A DNA stretch of 64,000 nucleotides from Nitrospirales bacterium (GCA_963555755.3 OY820905.2:1024001-1088000), one strand, 5' to 3'. Shown: positions 1-10,825, counted from the first letter of the stretch. Numbers and translations: made by a program. Notes: a model not told the origin generated them from the letters alone.

Positions 1-304
1 TTGCTCCCGTGCTGTCGCTCTCACCCCGCCGGAGTGGTCAGGCGTCTCAGCCCTATTTCGCCTGCCCATGCGGTCTTCGTCCTACGGTCAGGGACTCGAC
101 CTCCGAGGTTCCGTACTTTCGAGGCTACCTCTGCGTTCACTTGCGTTACGGCCCGGGAACTCGCTCACCATCCTCTACGATGGCTTTGTCGATGGGCTTC
201 AGCGTCTCGGTTTCTCTCCACGCTGCCATCCAAGCTACAGGGCTCAGGCTCTTACCCTGGTGGGCTTGCTTCCCACTGAACAGTCTCGCCTTACCTGGAC
301 ACAC
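1..304 (-). mobile_element. Group II intron A, 5' part (domain I); remainder lies upstream of the window
   Basis: Minus strand starts GTGTGTCCAGGTAAGG (GUGYG consensus) at 304; an EBS1-like loop GACCGT (84-89) is complementary to the 5' exon end ACGGTT. Confidence 0.85.
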
Positions 305-406
305 AACCGTACGTGCGGTTCTCCCAAGCCGTTCACTTAATCTGTTGACACAAACCAGCAAACAGACATAAACAGCGCTTGTTTGCTGGCTTTCTTGTTT
401 TGGATC

Positions 407-2203
407 ATGCAGAAAAAATCTTCCGCAACTTCTACGCTGAAGCACCCTCGGATACCGCTCGAGTACGGTGGCTTCCAGATCAACCACTGCAAGTCTCCGG
501 TCTGCTCGAACTACGGCGTTCCGCCAGAACAAACATCGGTGCGTGGAAAAAATAGCTACACTCTGGATTCACGCAACCAAGGCATTTCATCCTGTATCTG
601 CACGTCCTGCGGCGAAGGATTCCCTCTCAAGAGCAACCTCGGCATCGCAGAAGAAGTCGAGCGCATGTCGGCCTACCTGTCGCCTCGTGAGGTGGCGTTC
701 TGCCGTAACGATGCCTGTACCAACCATACCGGTCAGGTGCCCGTAGGTACCGCTGGGGCATATGCCTCGTTCGGCAAGACCGCGATTGGCAGCCCCCGCT
801 GGCGCTGTAGCGTCTGCGGTAAGACGTTCTCACAGAACACCAAGGCCACCGCCCGGCAGCGGGAACATCACAAGAACAAGACCATTTTCAAACTGCTGGT
901 CAACAAGCTGCCCGTGCGCCGAATCATCGAAGTCGCCGACATCCACCCCAAGACCTTCTACCACCGCCTCGACTTCCTCCATCGCCAGTGCCAATCATTT
1001 GCCGCCCACCGCGAGCACGCCCTATCCACCCTCCCCATTCGGCGACTGTCCCTCGGCGTGGACCGGCAGGACTACCTTGTGAACTGGATGGTTCGCAAGG
1101 ACAAGCGCAACATTCAGCTATCGGCCATTGCATCAGTGGACAACGAACACGGTTACGGCTTCGGTGTCCACCTTCACTTCGACCCTTCTCTGGACAGCGA
1201 AGCTGTCCAAGCCGAAGTCGAGAAGAGCGGCGACCTTGGCATGCCCTATCCGCATCGTCGCGTTGCACGTCTGTGGCTCAATGCAGACCATGAGCGAGCC
1301 AGTGCCAAATCCCTACGCACTTCGCGGCGCAAACCCGGACTGCCAACGCAGATCGATGAAGCCTATGCCGCAGCATTGATGCGTGACGATATCGAAAGCC
1401 CCGATGCGCCGTCGCCCGTAGAACGACTTCCTGAATACGGGATGCAAACCCATGGCGAGTACACCATGTCTGGGCATTTTTTCTTCCTCAAACGCCTGCT
1501 GGGCAATATCCAAAAGTGGCGCTTCTTTATCGACCAAGACCCTGGACTGCGAGCCGCGTGCCTATCGGCGTTCCACGACGAGATCCGAGGCCGCACGGCG
1601 GATGCCTTCTCTGTTCGCATCACCAAAGATCTGACGGTGGACGAAACGCGTCAAAAATACAACGAAGCGAAGATGCTGTTCGTGCACGCAGAACTCGCGC
1701 ACCCAAAGATGAAGCCGCAGGAGGTCAAGTTGCTGCTGATCAAAGAGCGTCTGGCCTGTATGACGCCGCACGGGAAGTGGCAGGATCGGTGGCTTGACCA
1801 TCCTTTCCCGACCATGAGCGAGCCAGAGAAGACAGTGGCCTCCCTCACCAATCTGGGCGACTACGACGAAGAACACAAAGCTTGGCTCTACAACAAAGCG
1901 AGCTTGCATGGTGTCGATTCGTTCTTCAACCAAGTGCGTCGACGGCTCTCCCTGCTGGAGCGTCCGATCCATTCCAAATCCAACAATGGTCGGATATGGA
2001 ACGGATATTCTCCATATAACCCGGGTAATGTTGCAAAAGTACTCGACATCATGCGCACGGTGCATAACTACATCCTGACCGGCAAGGATGGCAAGACGCC
2101 AGCTGTGCGACTTGGATTGGCCCAAGCGCCGCTGGACTACGAAGACATTATTTATGGCTCCTCCGAAGAATTTGTGGGTACTTCTCAGGTAACTCCTAAG
2201 TAA
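407..2203 (+). CDS. Large transposase with N-terminal Cys/Zn-ribbon motifs and an IS1-like C-terminus; last residues replaced by MITE sequence
   Basis: Cys clusters, RWRCSVCGKTFS, HTH-like segment, GVDRQ / IDQD / GVDSFFNQVRR acidic motifs, KTPAVRLGL tail; fills the TIR-bounded element. Confidence 0.8.
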   Translation: MQKKSSATSTLKHPRIPLEYGGFQINHCKSPVCSNYGVPPEQTSVRGKNSYTLDSRNQGISSCICTSCGEGFPLKSNLGIAEEVERMSAYLSPREVAFCRNDACTNHTGQVPVGTAGAYASFGKTAIGSPRWRCSVCGKTFSQNTKATARQREHHKNKTIFKLLVNKLPVRRIIEVADIHPKTFYHRLDFLHRQCQSFAAHREHALSTLPIRRLSLGVDRQDYLVNWMVRKDKRNIQLSAIASVDNEHGYGFGVHLHFDPSLDSEAVQAEVEKSGDLGMPYPHRRVARLWLNADHERASAKSLRTSRRKPGLPTQIDEAYAAALMRDDIESPDAPSPVERLPEYGMQTHGEYTMSGHFFFLKRLLGNIQKWRFFIDQDPGLRAACLSAFHDEIRGRTADAFSVRITKDLTVDETRQKYNEAKMLFVHAELAHPKMKPQEVKLLLIKERLACMTPHGKWQDRWLDHPFPTMSEPEKTVASLTNLGDYDEEHKAWLYNKASLHGVDSFFNQVRRRLSLLERPIHSKSNNGRIWNGYSPYNPGNVAKVLDIMRTVHNYILTGKDGKTPAVRLGLAQAPLDYEDIIYGSSEEFVGTSQVTPK

Positions 2204-2266
2204 CTTCATGCTATCCTCCGTCGTCCGGGTGCGCCGCGCGCCATAAGGGCGCTAGGTACCTCCCCG

Positions 2267-2345
2267 CGTCATTCCCGACGTCTGTTATCGGGAATCCAGG
2301 TTCGTTCTTAAGATAGATCCCCGATAACCAACGTCGGGGATGACG
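2267..2345. repeat. REP-like palindromic doublet
   Basis: CGTCATTCCCGACGTCTGTTATCGGGAATCC ... GATCCCCGATAACCAACGTCGGGGATGACG. Confidence 0.65.
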
Positions 2346-2533
2346 GATTCAGGTTCACCAGACCTCGGCCTTTCTTCTCTCCTGTGCCTCCTCAGTTGCC
2401 TCACAAGTTACTTTCCGTCGTCTGGGTGGGCCGCGCCCCATAAGGGCGCTACTCAGGAGGTTTCCCACAAGGCCACATGCCATAGCCCCTGCACCGTAGG
2501 CTTAATCGGCTTGTGGACCCTGAGGGAAACTTC

Positions 2534-2769
2534 GGATCAATCGCAATTTTGGTGGAGTGAGACTCGCGTCTTGAGTCAGACCTTCCTTGACAGAATCCGT
2601 TCGCCCTGAGCTTGTCGAAGGGTCAGAAACTTCAATGTGTACCATTCATGGTTCGACAAGCTCACCACGAACGGAACGGGATTGGACGCCTAAATCAGAA
2701 CAGGAGCCCCTCGCATAGTATGTCCGTCATCGCCATAGGCCTCGACTCCACCAAAATTGCAACTGATCC
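2534..2769. mobile_element. 236-bp MITE (GGATCAAT family) nested in the 746-bp MITE
   Basis: IR GGATCAATCGCAATTTTGGTGGAGT / ACTCCACCAAAATTGCAACTGATCC; 8-bp TSD GAAACTTC. Confidence 0.9.
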
Positions 2770-2965
2770 GAAACTTCCCCATGAGTCAATTGAATATGAG
2801 CATCGAAATAAAACCGGTCCCCGGTGGGAAAATTCGTTGGTTTTTCAGTGCCTTGGAAAGGATTCGTTAGGTGCTCGACCCACAAATTTTCCTGAAGAGC
2901 CTTATTTATTTTGCATCAACAGATTAAGTGAACGGCTTGCAGTTCTCCCGCATACGGCTCTCCAG

Positions 2966-4327
2966 TCAGTAGGTTCCTATGGAGTGGACGAAACGAATAT
3001 GGGCATCATTCAGGCTCGTGAACCCATGATCCGCAAAGAAGGCGTTCGGCCACCGTTGATTGCGTGCGAGGCGTTGTCGATTTCTTCGGTTCCTTTTCAG
3101 AAGCATCCGGCGCAACCGCCGACGGATCATTCCCTCGTAGGCCTTGAAGATGTTCCAAAAACAGTGCCGAAAGTAGTTGAACCACCCTTGCGTCGAGCGA
3201 GTGAGCCGGTGGAGAATTACCGCCAGCGAGTCGCCCGATTTCTGCGGCGTCAGCTCGCGGATGCGGGCGATGAACTTTCGGTGGCTCTTCGCCCGTGGAA
3301 ACCGCAGCCGGCCTCGGAACGAATAGCCCAGAAACGAAAAGCTCTTCTCCCGCGAGTCCACGATGTGTGTTTTCTCGGGATGCCGTGTCAGCCCATTGGC
3401 CTCCACCCACCGGCGCACCTCGGCCAGCGCCGCTTCGGCTTCTTCCGGCGTGCGACACAGGATGACACAGTCATCCGCGTAGCGCACCATCTGAAATCCG
3501 AGATCGGACATCCGATGGTCCAGGGGCTTGAGATAGACATTCGACAGCATGGGAGACAGCACCGCGCCTTGCGGCACACCGGCTTCCGGCGTCCACTCCC
3601 GCAGTTCTTCCAGAATCCCCTGGTTCAGACACTTCTTCACCAGGCCCACCACACGGCGATCCGAGATCTTCTGTTGCACTCTGGCCACCAGTCGATCTTT
3701 CGGAATCGTCTCGTAGTACTCCTGCACATCCGCGTCGACAACATACACATACCCGGCGTCGAGCCATTCCTCGACGCACCGTAGGGCATCATGGCACCCG
3801 CGTCCGTGGCGAAAGCCGAAGCTTCGCGCATGGAACATGGCGTCCATAATCGGCTCAAGCACGTGGACCACTGCCGTTTGCACGACGCGATCCCGCACGG
3901 TCGGAATTCCCAACGGGCGCTTCGCCGACCTGTCGGGTTTGGAAATCCACCGCCGCCGCCCCGCTGCCGGACGATAGGTTCCGTCACCCAGTTCGGCTTG
4001 CAACCGATCGAGTTCCGCCCGCTCATGCTCGGCGAACTCCGAACACGTTTGCCGGTCAACGCCCGCAGCCCCGTTCTTGCCCAGGACCTTCTTGGCCGAG
4101 CAGGACAGGTTCAGGCTGCCAGACACCTTATCCCTCAACGTGTGCCATTTGCCTCCTCTCACTTTGTCTGCCATCAGTGTCGCCACCATGCGATCTGTCC
4201 ACACCGCTCGATGAGCCCACTGGTCGATCCCAGGAAGCTCCCCAGCCGGGGTAGCCGAACACGGCACTGTGACGGGGATGTCATCTCGACGCGGGGTCGA
4301 GGCTTGACGTGTCGGCGGTTGAGGCAT
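2966..4327 (-). CDS. ltrA: Group II intron reverse transcriptase/maturase without an endonuclease domain, probably decaying
   Basis: RPLGIPTVRDRVVQ, GVPQGAVLSP, RYADD, GWFNYF maturase motif; several atypical residues (DADVQEYYETI, YADDC). Confidence 0.9.
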   Translation of the reverse strand: MPQPPTRQASTPRRDDIPVTVPCSATPAGELPGIDQWAHRAVWTDRMVATLMADKVRGGKWHTLRDKVSGSLNLSCSAKKVLGKNGAAGVDRQTCSEFAEHERAELDRLQAELGDGTYRPAAGRRRWISKPDRSAKRPLGIPTVRDRVVQTAVVHVLEPIMDAMFHARSFGFRHGRGCHDALRCVEEWLDAGYVYVVDADVQEYYETIPKDRLVARVQQKISDRRVVGLVKKCLNQGILEELREWTPEAGVPQGAVLSPMLSNVYLKPLDHRMSDLGFQMVRYADDCVILCRTPEEAEAALAEVRRWVEANGLTRHPEKTHIVDSREKSFSFLGYSFRGRLRFPRAKSHRKFIARIRELTPQKSGDSLAVILHRLTRSTQGWFNYFRHCFWNIFKAYEGMIRRRLRRMLLKRNRRNRQRLARNQRWPNAFFADHGFTSLNDAHIRFVHSIGTY

Positions 4328-5078
4328 TGCACATCTACCTTCCTGCTCCCCTTCGCGCCACCGCGTTCTGGTGCACGGCTTCCCAGCTATTATGAGAGCT
4401 CTGACTTCTGTCGAGCCGCTTCATCCAACGTCATCGGTATCGCTTCGTTCGTTCCCCTGCGGCACGCGATACGGCACCGAGGGGCCTGGGCCATTGATCA
4501 CGCAGCGTCCCCCACTGCGAATGGTCACGACACGGCGTCCACGTCCTTCACCCGACAGATCTCCCTGCTTAGCTCGTTTGACCTTCCGACCATTCCATCT
4601 CCAACCACCACCTTGCCATTTCGCCACGGTCGCTTTCCCACGTTACGTCACCGCCGTGACTTGCCGCGTCTATCCCCCGGGCAGACTCTTAGGTCGAAGG
4701 GATCTGCCGTCGCGCGATCAAGGGTTCGGACATCGCTAGGAGCCTCCCCGACAGGCTTGGCCGAATCGAGTTCCCGTACGTTACGGACTGGTCGTTCGTC
4801 TCAGATTGCTCTCCACCCTTCCTCACGGAAACGCAGTGACCACTGTCGACTTCAGGCTGGTAACGTTCGCCTGAGAGGGACTTGCACCCTCCTGATCAAA
4901 CGCCTTCACAGGCGCACTCGCTGCAGCATCTCATGCTGCCTCTTCCTGGCGTCAGAGCCCCTTGGTCCGTGGGAAGAGGGCACGATAAGATCGTGCAGCG
5001 ACACAAGCAAGAAAGCTCACAGGAAGCAACGCCATGGCCAAGAAACTCCATGTGGCCAGAATTGGATGGCGGTAGGAT

Positions 5079-5102
5079 AGAACCAGATATTCTGTATGAT
5101 CC
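5079..5102. repeat. Orphan right end of a GGATCATAC-family MITE
   Basis: AGAACCAGATATTCTGTATGATCC matches the ends of the MITEs at 11491 and 16659; no partner end in the window. Confidence 0.6.
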
Positions 5103-5551
5103 CTAATCCCTCCCCGGATTCCGGTTCGGTACCCGAACCGACACTCCCCCTTTGCCCGTTTCCACCCTACATGCCACGAGCAAGCCACAGATTTGGCATA
5201 ATCCCTGGCAAAAGGGCCAGGAAGCCCCGACTCACCGGATGCACTCCCGCCTTTCAGACGGCGAAGTGTGCGGATGGACCCCTCACCGCGTTCTTTGGTG
5301 CGTTGCGGTCTAGTCAAAAAGGCCTTTTGAATTTCCTATTCCCGACTGAAAAAATCGGTGCAGGCATGCCACGCGCAGCGAGGCCAGAATGATCATCTTC
5401 GGTTTTATCGAACGGTTCTCTAATCGCAGAAAGTGGCATGGATCGGCCGATGGTTTGGCACCACTGGGGGCGGATGCGCAAACGGGCAAAGACTTCTTAA
5501 CGACGGGTCAGTGAGAATGGAGTCAAGGCGAAAAGGGGGGAACGAAAGAAA

Positions 5552-5944
5552 ATGACGCACACAACCAAAATATGCGCAATTGGGGCTTTATTATTTTACT
5601 TGATGCTGGCAAGCATGCCAGCCGTTGCCGCGAAGATCGTACTGAAAAGTTGCATTCACAAGGAAGTCAAGGTCTGCAGCTTCGACAGCAAGCAACTATG
5701 GGATGCAGTACCCACCGGGGCATACAATTTAAGTAATAATAAGACGGAAAATTAACAATGTCATGCCAATTGCGTCTTCCAAATCTCCAAACCTAATGAT
5801 TCAAAATGGGGGAACAATGGCAAGTGGATCAATCATTCGTGGGGAGCTGGCACCTATCTTCTGGTTGGGCTCGAGAAATCAGAAGGCGGCCAGTACAAGA
5901 GCAGCAATCTCCAGAAAGGTACCACGTGCCAATCGGCACAATAG
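5552..5944 (+). pseudogene. Small secreted Cys-containing protein (~130 codons) with an in-frame TAA at 5753-5755
   Basis: Signal peptide ending AVAA; the frame continues after the stop as QCHANCVFQ...TTCQSAQ*. Confidence 0.6.
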
Positions 5945-5967
5945 CCTGACGGCGGTACACTTCGTTT
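5813..5967 (+). repeat. 155-bp inverted repeat, copy 1
   Basis: Reverse complement of 10826-10980 with 6 mismatches. Confidence 0.95.
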
Positions 5968-6116
5968 TAGAATATGGGTCACCCCAATAAAGATCCCCGT
6001 GGCAAGACCACGGGATATTCAGAGGAAAAATGTAATTATAAAATCCCCCTACCCCCCTGTTCCGAAGGGGGGACCTCAAAGGCCCCCCTTCGCAGAAGGC
6101 TGGGGCATACCCGGAT

Positions 6117-9100
6117 TTACGGATTCCTATGGACCGGATATTCGGTCGCGGTCCCAAAGTCCCAAATCGCGGTATCCCAGGTGGCATAGATGCCTGTATT
6201 GCTGGTGGGCGATTGCAACTCGACTGTCGTCTTGCCCTCCCCCGCCGCGCTGGTTGTGGTCTCACTGGTGTTCGTATCCCAGTAATTGGCGGTGGTGGCG
6301 GGGACGCCATACCTTTCCGGCAACCCCCCAAGCAGACCCCCCACAATCATGTTCCCACTCTCATTAACCCTCACCGCCCCAATAGCGTAGGTATGAGTGA
6401 GGGTGTTAGTCGCTCCATTATCCATCCACCCGATCAGGCCACCGGCAGCCTGGCCAGCCGTCACCATGGCAGTGGAGTAACTGTCGGCGATCGTGGAATA
6501 CTGCGAGGCGGCGCCCAGGAAACCGCCTGCCGCTCCTTGCGCGGCGGTGACTCCCGTCGTGTAGCTGGCCGAAATGCTGACCTCCTTACCCAACGTACCA
6601 GATATAAATCCGGCCAGCCCACCGGCATAATATTTCTCTGCTGTCACGTCTCCCTCCACTGAGACGTGGTCAATCTCACTGTCATCTAGTATCCATCCTG
6701 CAAGGCCGCCAACATAGTTATAAGCCGTGATGTTGACGTGGATCAGCACCAGGTTCCGAATCTCGCCATTCCTCACCACACCGAACAGACCTTGCCAATC
6801 TTCAGTAGGTCTGTTGATAAAAAGATTGTTGATGGTATGACCATTGCCTTCAAACACGGTTTGAAATTCTTGACCAGAGGAATATTTTCCAATACGTAAC
6901 CACCCCTTCCCGCTATTCCAAAAGGCATCGTTGGAATCGATGGCGCCATCGTCATTGGTGTCGAAATTGAGATTGGCGATGAGTTCGTAGCCGGAGCAGG
7001 TCACGATAGCCCCGTCACCCCCACACCCCGTCGTCACATCCTCAAACCCGTCATTGTATCCCGTGCCCGTGAGGTTGTTCCTGACATGATCCAATTGCTC
7101 CAAAGTCGCAATTTCAATGAGGCCATTGCCATCGTCGTCGATGTCGTTGACATTCACCACACCATCGCCATCGGTATCGAGGTCAAACTTCGCCGTGACC
7201 GTATACGGTTGATTCATCGTCAGGTGACAGTCTCCTGTCCCGCTACAGGCGCCACCCCATTCCGTGAAGACGGAGTCAAGATCGGCCACCGCCGATAGGT
7301 CCACTGCAGTCTCACTGGCAATGTCCTCGGTGCAGTCAGAGGGGCAAGATATTCCGGCTGGGCTGCTGGTGACAGTGCCACTGCCATCCCCAACGACGGT
7401 CACAGTGAGCGCGAAAAGCGGGTCAAACGTCGCCGTCACGCTTTGCACTTGATCCATCGTCACCTGACAGTTTCCCGTCCCGCTACACCCTCCTCCACTC
7501 CAGCCACTGAAGACGGAACCCGGATTGGCCGCGGCCGTTAAGGCCACGGTACTCCCACTGGCAATGTCCTCGGTGCAGTCAGCGGGGCAAGATATTCCGG
7601 CTGGGTTGCTGGTGACGGTGCCACTGCCTTGCCCGACGATGGTCACGGTGAGCGGGAAGAGTATGTCAAACGTCGCCGTAACCGCGTTCGCTTGATCCAT
7701 CGTCACCTGACAGGGTCCTATCCCACTGCAGACTCCGCCACTCCAGCCACTGAAGACGGAACCCTGATTGGCCGCGGCCGTTAAGGCCACGGTACTCCCA
7801 CTGGCAATGTCCTCGGTGCAGTCTGAGGGGCAAGATATTCCGGCTGGGCTGCTGGTGACGGTGCCATCCCCAACGACGGTCACGGTGAGCGGGAAGGCCG
7901 GGCCAAACGTCGCCGTGACGCTTTGCGCTTGATCCATCATCACCGCACAGAGTCCCGTCCCGCTACAGCCGCCGCCACTCCAGCCACTGAAGACGGAGCC
8001 CGCATTGGCCTGGACCGTCAGCGTCACCACCGTCCCCGGGTCATACACTGCGGCACAGTCATTGCCACACATGATCCCCGCAGGCGTGCTAGTCACCGTC
8101 CCACTCCCCGCCAGGGTGACTGTCAGCAATGGACTGCACCCCACCGTGCCACAGTGGGCCACTCTGAGGGCGCCATTCGTGGCGTCATAATAGCTGATCA
8201 CCGGGTACCCATCCGTCCCGATGGCCAGTGAGCTGGACCGCCCCACAGAGCCATTGTTGTCCACCGTCGTCGGCGTCTGAGCCCCGCTGCAGGCCGCATT
8301 GGTACAATGGACCACCTTGAGGTCATCATTCGTGGCATCCCAATAGCTGATCACCGGATTCCCATCCGTCCCGATGGCCAGTGAGCTGTACCGCCCCACA
8401 TAGCCATTGTTGTCCACCGTCGTCGGCAAGTCAAAGTCCATGCACGTCGCATTGGTGCAATGGACCACCTTGAGGGCACCCGGCCCCCCGTTATAATAGC
8501 TGATCACCGGATTCCCATCGGTCCCGATCGCCAGCGAGGTGTGCCATCCCATAATGCCGCTGCTATCTACCGTCGTCGGCGGGTCAAATTCCGTGCAGTC
8601 CGCACTCCTACAATGGACCACCTTGAGGGCACTATTCGTCCTGTCATAATAGCTGATCACCGGATACCCATCCGTCCCGATGGCCAGCGAGGTGTACGCT
8701 CCCACATCGCCGCTGCTGTCCACTGTCGTTGGTGGGTCAAATGCCGCGCACTCCGCATCGGCACAATGGACCACCTTGAGGTCATCATTCGTGGCGTCAT
8801 AATAGCTGATCATCGGATACCCATCCGGCCCGATCGCCAGTGAGGTGTCCCACCCCACATCGCCGCTGCTATCCACCGTCGTCGGTTCGTCAAATTCCGT
8901 GCACGTCGCATTGGTGCAATGGACCGCCTTGAGGTCATCATTCGTGCTGTCATAATAGCTGATCACCGGATACCCATCCGTCCCGATCGCCAGCGAGGTA
9001 TGCAGCCCCACATTGCCGCTGCTGTCCACCGTCGTCGGCGGGTCAACAGTCGTGCAGTTCACACTGCTGCAGTGTTGCACCTTGAGGGCAGTATTCGTGG

Positions 9101-9434
9101 CATCAAAATAACTGATCACCGGATACCCATCCTCCCCGATGGCCAGCGAGGGGAAGTCCCCCACATTGCCCTCCGTATCCACGGTGGTGAGAAGGATTTG
9201 GCCACTGTTATCCACCGTGATCGTGATGGCTGAGGTCGTCCAGAGATTATCAGCCGCGTCGATGATCTCGGCATCAATGCTATGAGACCCTTCGGGCCCG
9301 TTCCTCGTCTGCCACGTGCACTCGTAGGGCGCGCTGGTATCGATCGGACAAGGCCCAGCATCCCCATCAATCCGAATCTGCACGCTGGCTACCGCAATAT
9401 TATCCGCGGCCTCCACGCGGATACAGTGGCCCAA
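6117..9434 (-). pseudogene. 5'-truncated large surface protein: partial Ig-like domain, 7 beta-propeller-like repeats, 4 InlB-B-like repeats, Ca-binding DxDxDG motif, GLUG-type C-terminus
   Basis: 7x SLAIGxDGxPVISYY...LKVVHC; 4x GTVTSxPAGIxC...FSGWSGG; DTDGDGVVNVNDIDDDG; VGGLAG repeats; no signal peptide or credible start. Confidence 0.75.
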
Positions 9435-10743
9435 TCCTTCTCACTACCGTGGACGACGCCGGCAATGTGGGGCAGTACAGCTCACTGGCTATCGGGACGG
9501 ATCACTTCCCGGTGATCAGCTATTATGACGGCACGACTAGTGCCCTCAAAGTGGCCCACTGCACGAATGAGGACTGCAGCGGGGTGAAGACGCTGACGAT
9601 GGTGGATAGCGCTGACAATGTGGGGCAGTACAGCTCACTGGCCATCGGGGAAACATATGGCTACCCGGTGATTAGCTATTATGATGCCACGAATCAAGCC
9701 CTCATGGTGGTCCATTGTACGAGTGTGGACTGCACGGAGTTTGACCCGCCGACGATGGTGGACGACGCCGGCAATGTGGGGCAGTACAGCTCACTGGCCA
9801 TCGGGACGGATGGGTATCCGGTGATCAGTTATTATGATGCCACGAATCAAACCCTCATGGTGGTCCATTGTACGAGAGCGGACTGTACGGAATTTGACCC
9901 GCCGACGCTGGTGGACGACGCCGGCAATGTGGGGCAGTACAGCTCACTGGCCATCGGGGGGGATGGGAATCCCGTGATCAGCTATCGGGATGCCACGAAT
10001 ACGAGCCTCAAGCTGGTCCATTGCACGAATGGGGACTGCACGAGCGTTGATGCGCCGATGACGGTGGACAACAGCGGCAATGTGGGGCAGTACAGCTCAC
10101 TGGCCATCGGGACGGATGGGAATCCCGTGATCAGCTATCGGGATAGTACACAGAAGGACCTCAAGGTAGCCCACTGCACGAGTGTGGACTGCAGTGGGGG
10201 GCAGACGCTGACGGTGGTGGACAGCGACGGCAATGTGGGGAACTACACTGCACTGGCCATCGGGGGGGATGGGAATCCTGTGATCAGCTATCGGGATGCC
10301 ACGAATAGGGCCCTCAAAGTGGCCCACTGTACGAATAAGGACTGCAGTGGGGGGCAGACGCTGACGATGGTGGACAACGACGGCAATGTGGGGAACTATA
10401 CTGCCCTGGCCATCGGGACGGATGGGAATCCCGTGATCAGCTATCGGGATAGTACAAACAAGGATCTCAAGGTAGCCCACTGTGGCACGGTGGGGTGCTG
10501 ACGGTCACTCTGGCGGGCCATGGCAGTGGGATGGTGAGTAGCGCTCCTGCAGGGATCACATGTGGCAATGATTGTGCCGCAGTGTACGACCTGGGGACGG
10601 TGGTGACGCTGACGGCTGCGGCCAATGCGGACTCCGTCTTCAGTGGCTGGAGTGGAGGAGACTGTGATGGAGCAGGGACCTGTGAGGTGACGATGGATCG
10701 CGCGCGCGCAGTCACGGCGAGGTTTAATGTTGGAGCCCCGTGA
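9423..10743 (+). pseudogene. 5'-truncated, frameshifted paralogue of the surface protein (7 propeller repeats and 1 InlB-B-like repeat)
   Basis: Same repeats; a 10-bp deletion (AGTCCATTGC, present in the paralogue) near 10498 shifts the frame between ORFs 9449-10501 and 10495-10743. Confidence 0.75.
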
Positions 10744-10825
10744 CCTTGTTGGCGAGCGCGGACCGCGACGTTTCGAAGGAATTGATGACGAGACGGCGTC
10801 ATGTCCGTTCATCATGTAGGAATCG

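Larger units (their letters stand above)
2156..2901. mobile_element. 746-bp MITE inserted in the 3' end of the transposase
   Basis: Imperfect IR GGCTCCTCCGAAGAATTTGTGGGT / ACCCACAAATTTTCCTGAAGAGCC; 8-bp TSD TTATTTAT (2148-2155, 2902-2909). Confidence 0.85.
325..2939 (+). mobile_element. Insertion sequence of unassigned family (about 1.86 kb without its nested MITE)
   Basis: Perfect 24-bp TIR CAAGCCGTTCACTTAATCTGTTGA at 325-348 and 2916-2939; 9-bp TSD CGGTTCTCC/CAGTTCTCC (316-324, 2940-2948). Confidence 0.9.
305..4917 (-). mobile_element. Group II intron B; domain V interrupted by an IS, 3' end displaced by intron A
   Basis: 5' end GTGCGCCTGTGAAGGCG at 4917; internal RT ORF; domain V GAGAGCCGTATGCGGGAGAACCGCACGTACGGTT is reconstituted when 325-2948 is removed. 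Confidence 0.9.

Noticed and set aside
2612..5080. Long plus-strand ORFs 2612-3784 and 3791-5080
   Set aside because: Antisense shadows of the intron RT and intron RNA with no protein motifs
5395..5550. Riboswitch upstream of the small secreted gene
   Set aside because: No convincing aptamer consensus by eye; needs an Rfam scan
8150..10500. CRISPR-like periodic repeats
   Set aside because: These are ~150-bp coding repeats, not repeat-spacer arrays; no cas genes
6117..10743. Shufflon swapping adhesin C-termini
   Set aside because: The gene tails point outward and there is no constant 5' part or recombinase, so inversion at the IRs would not create an expressed fusion
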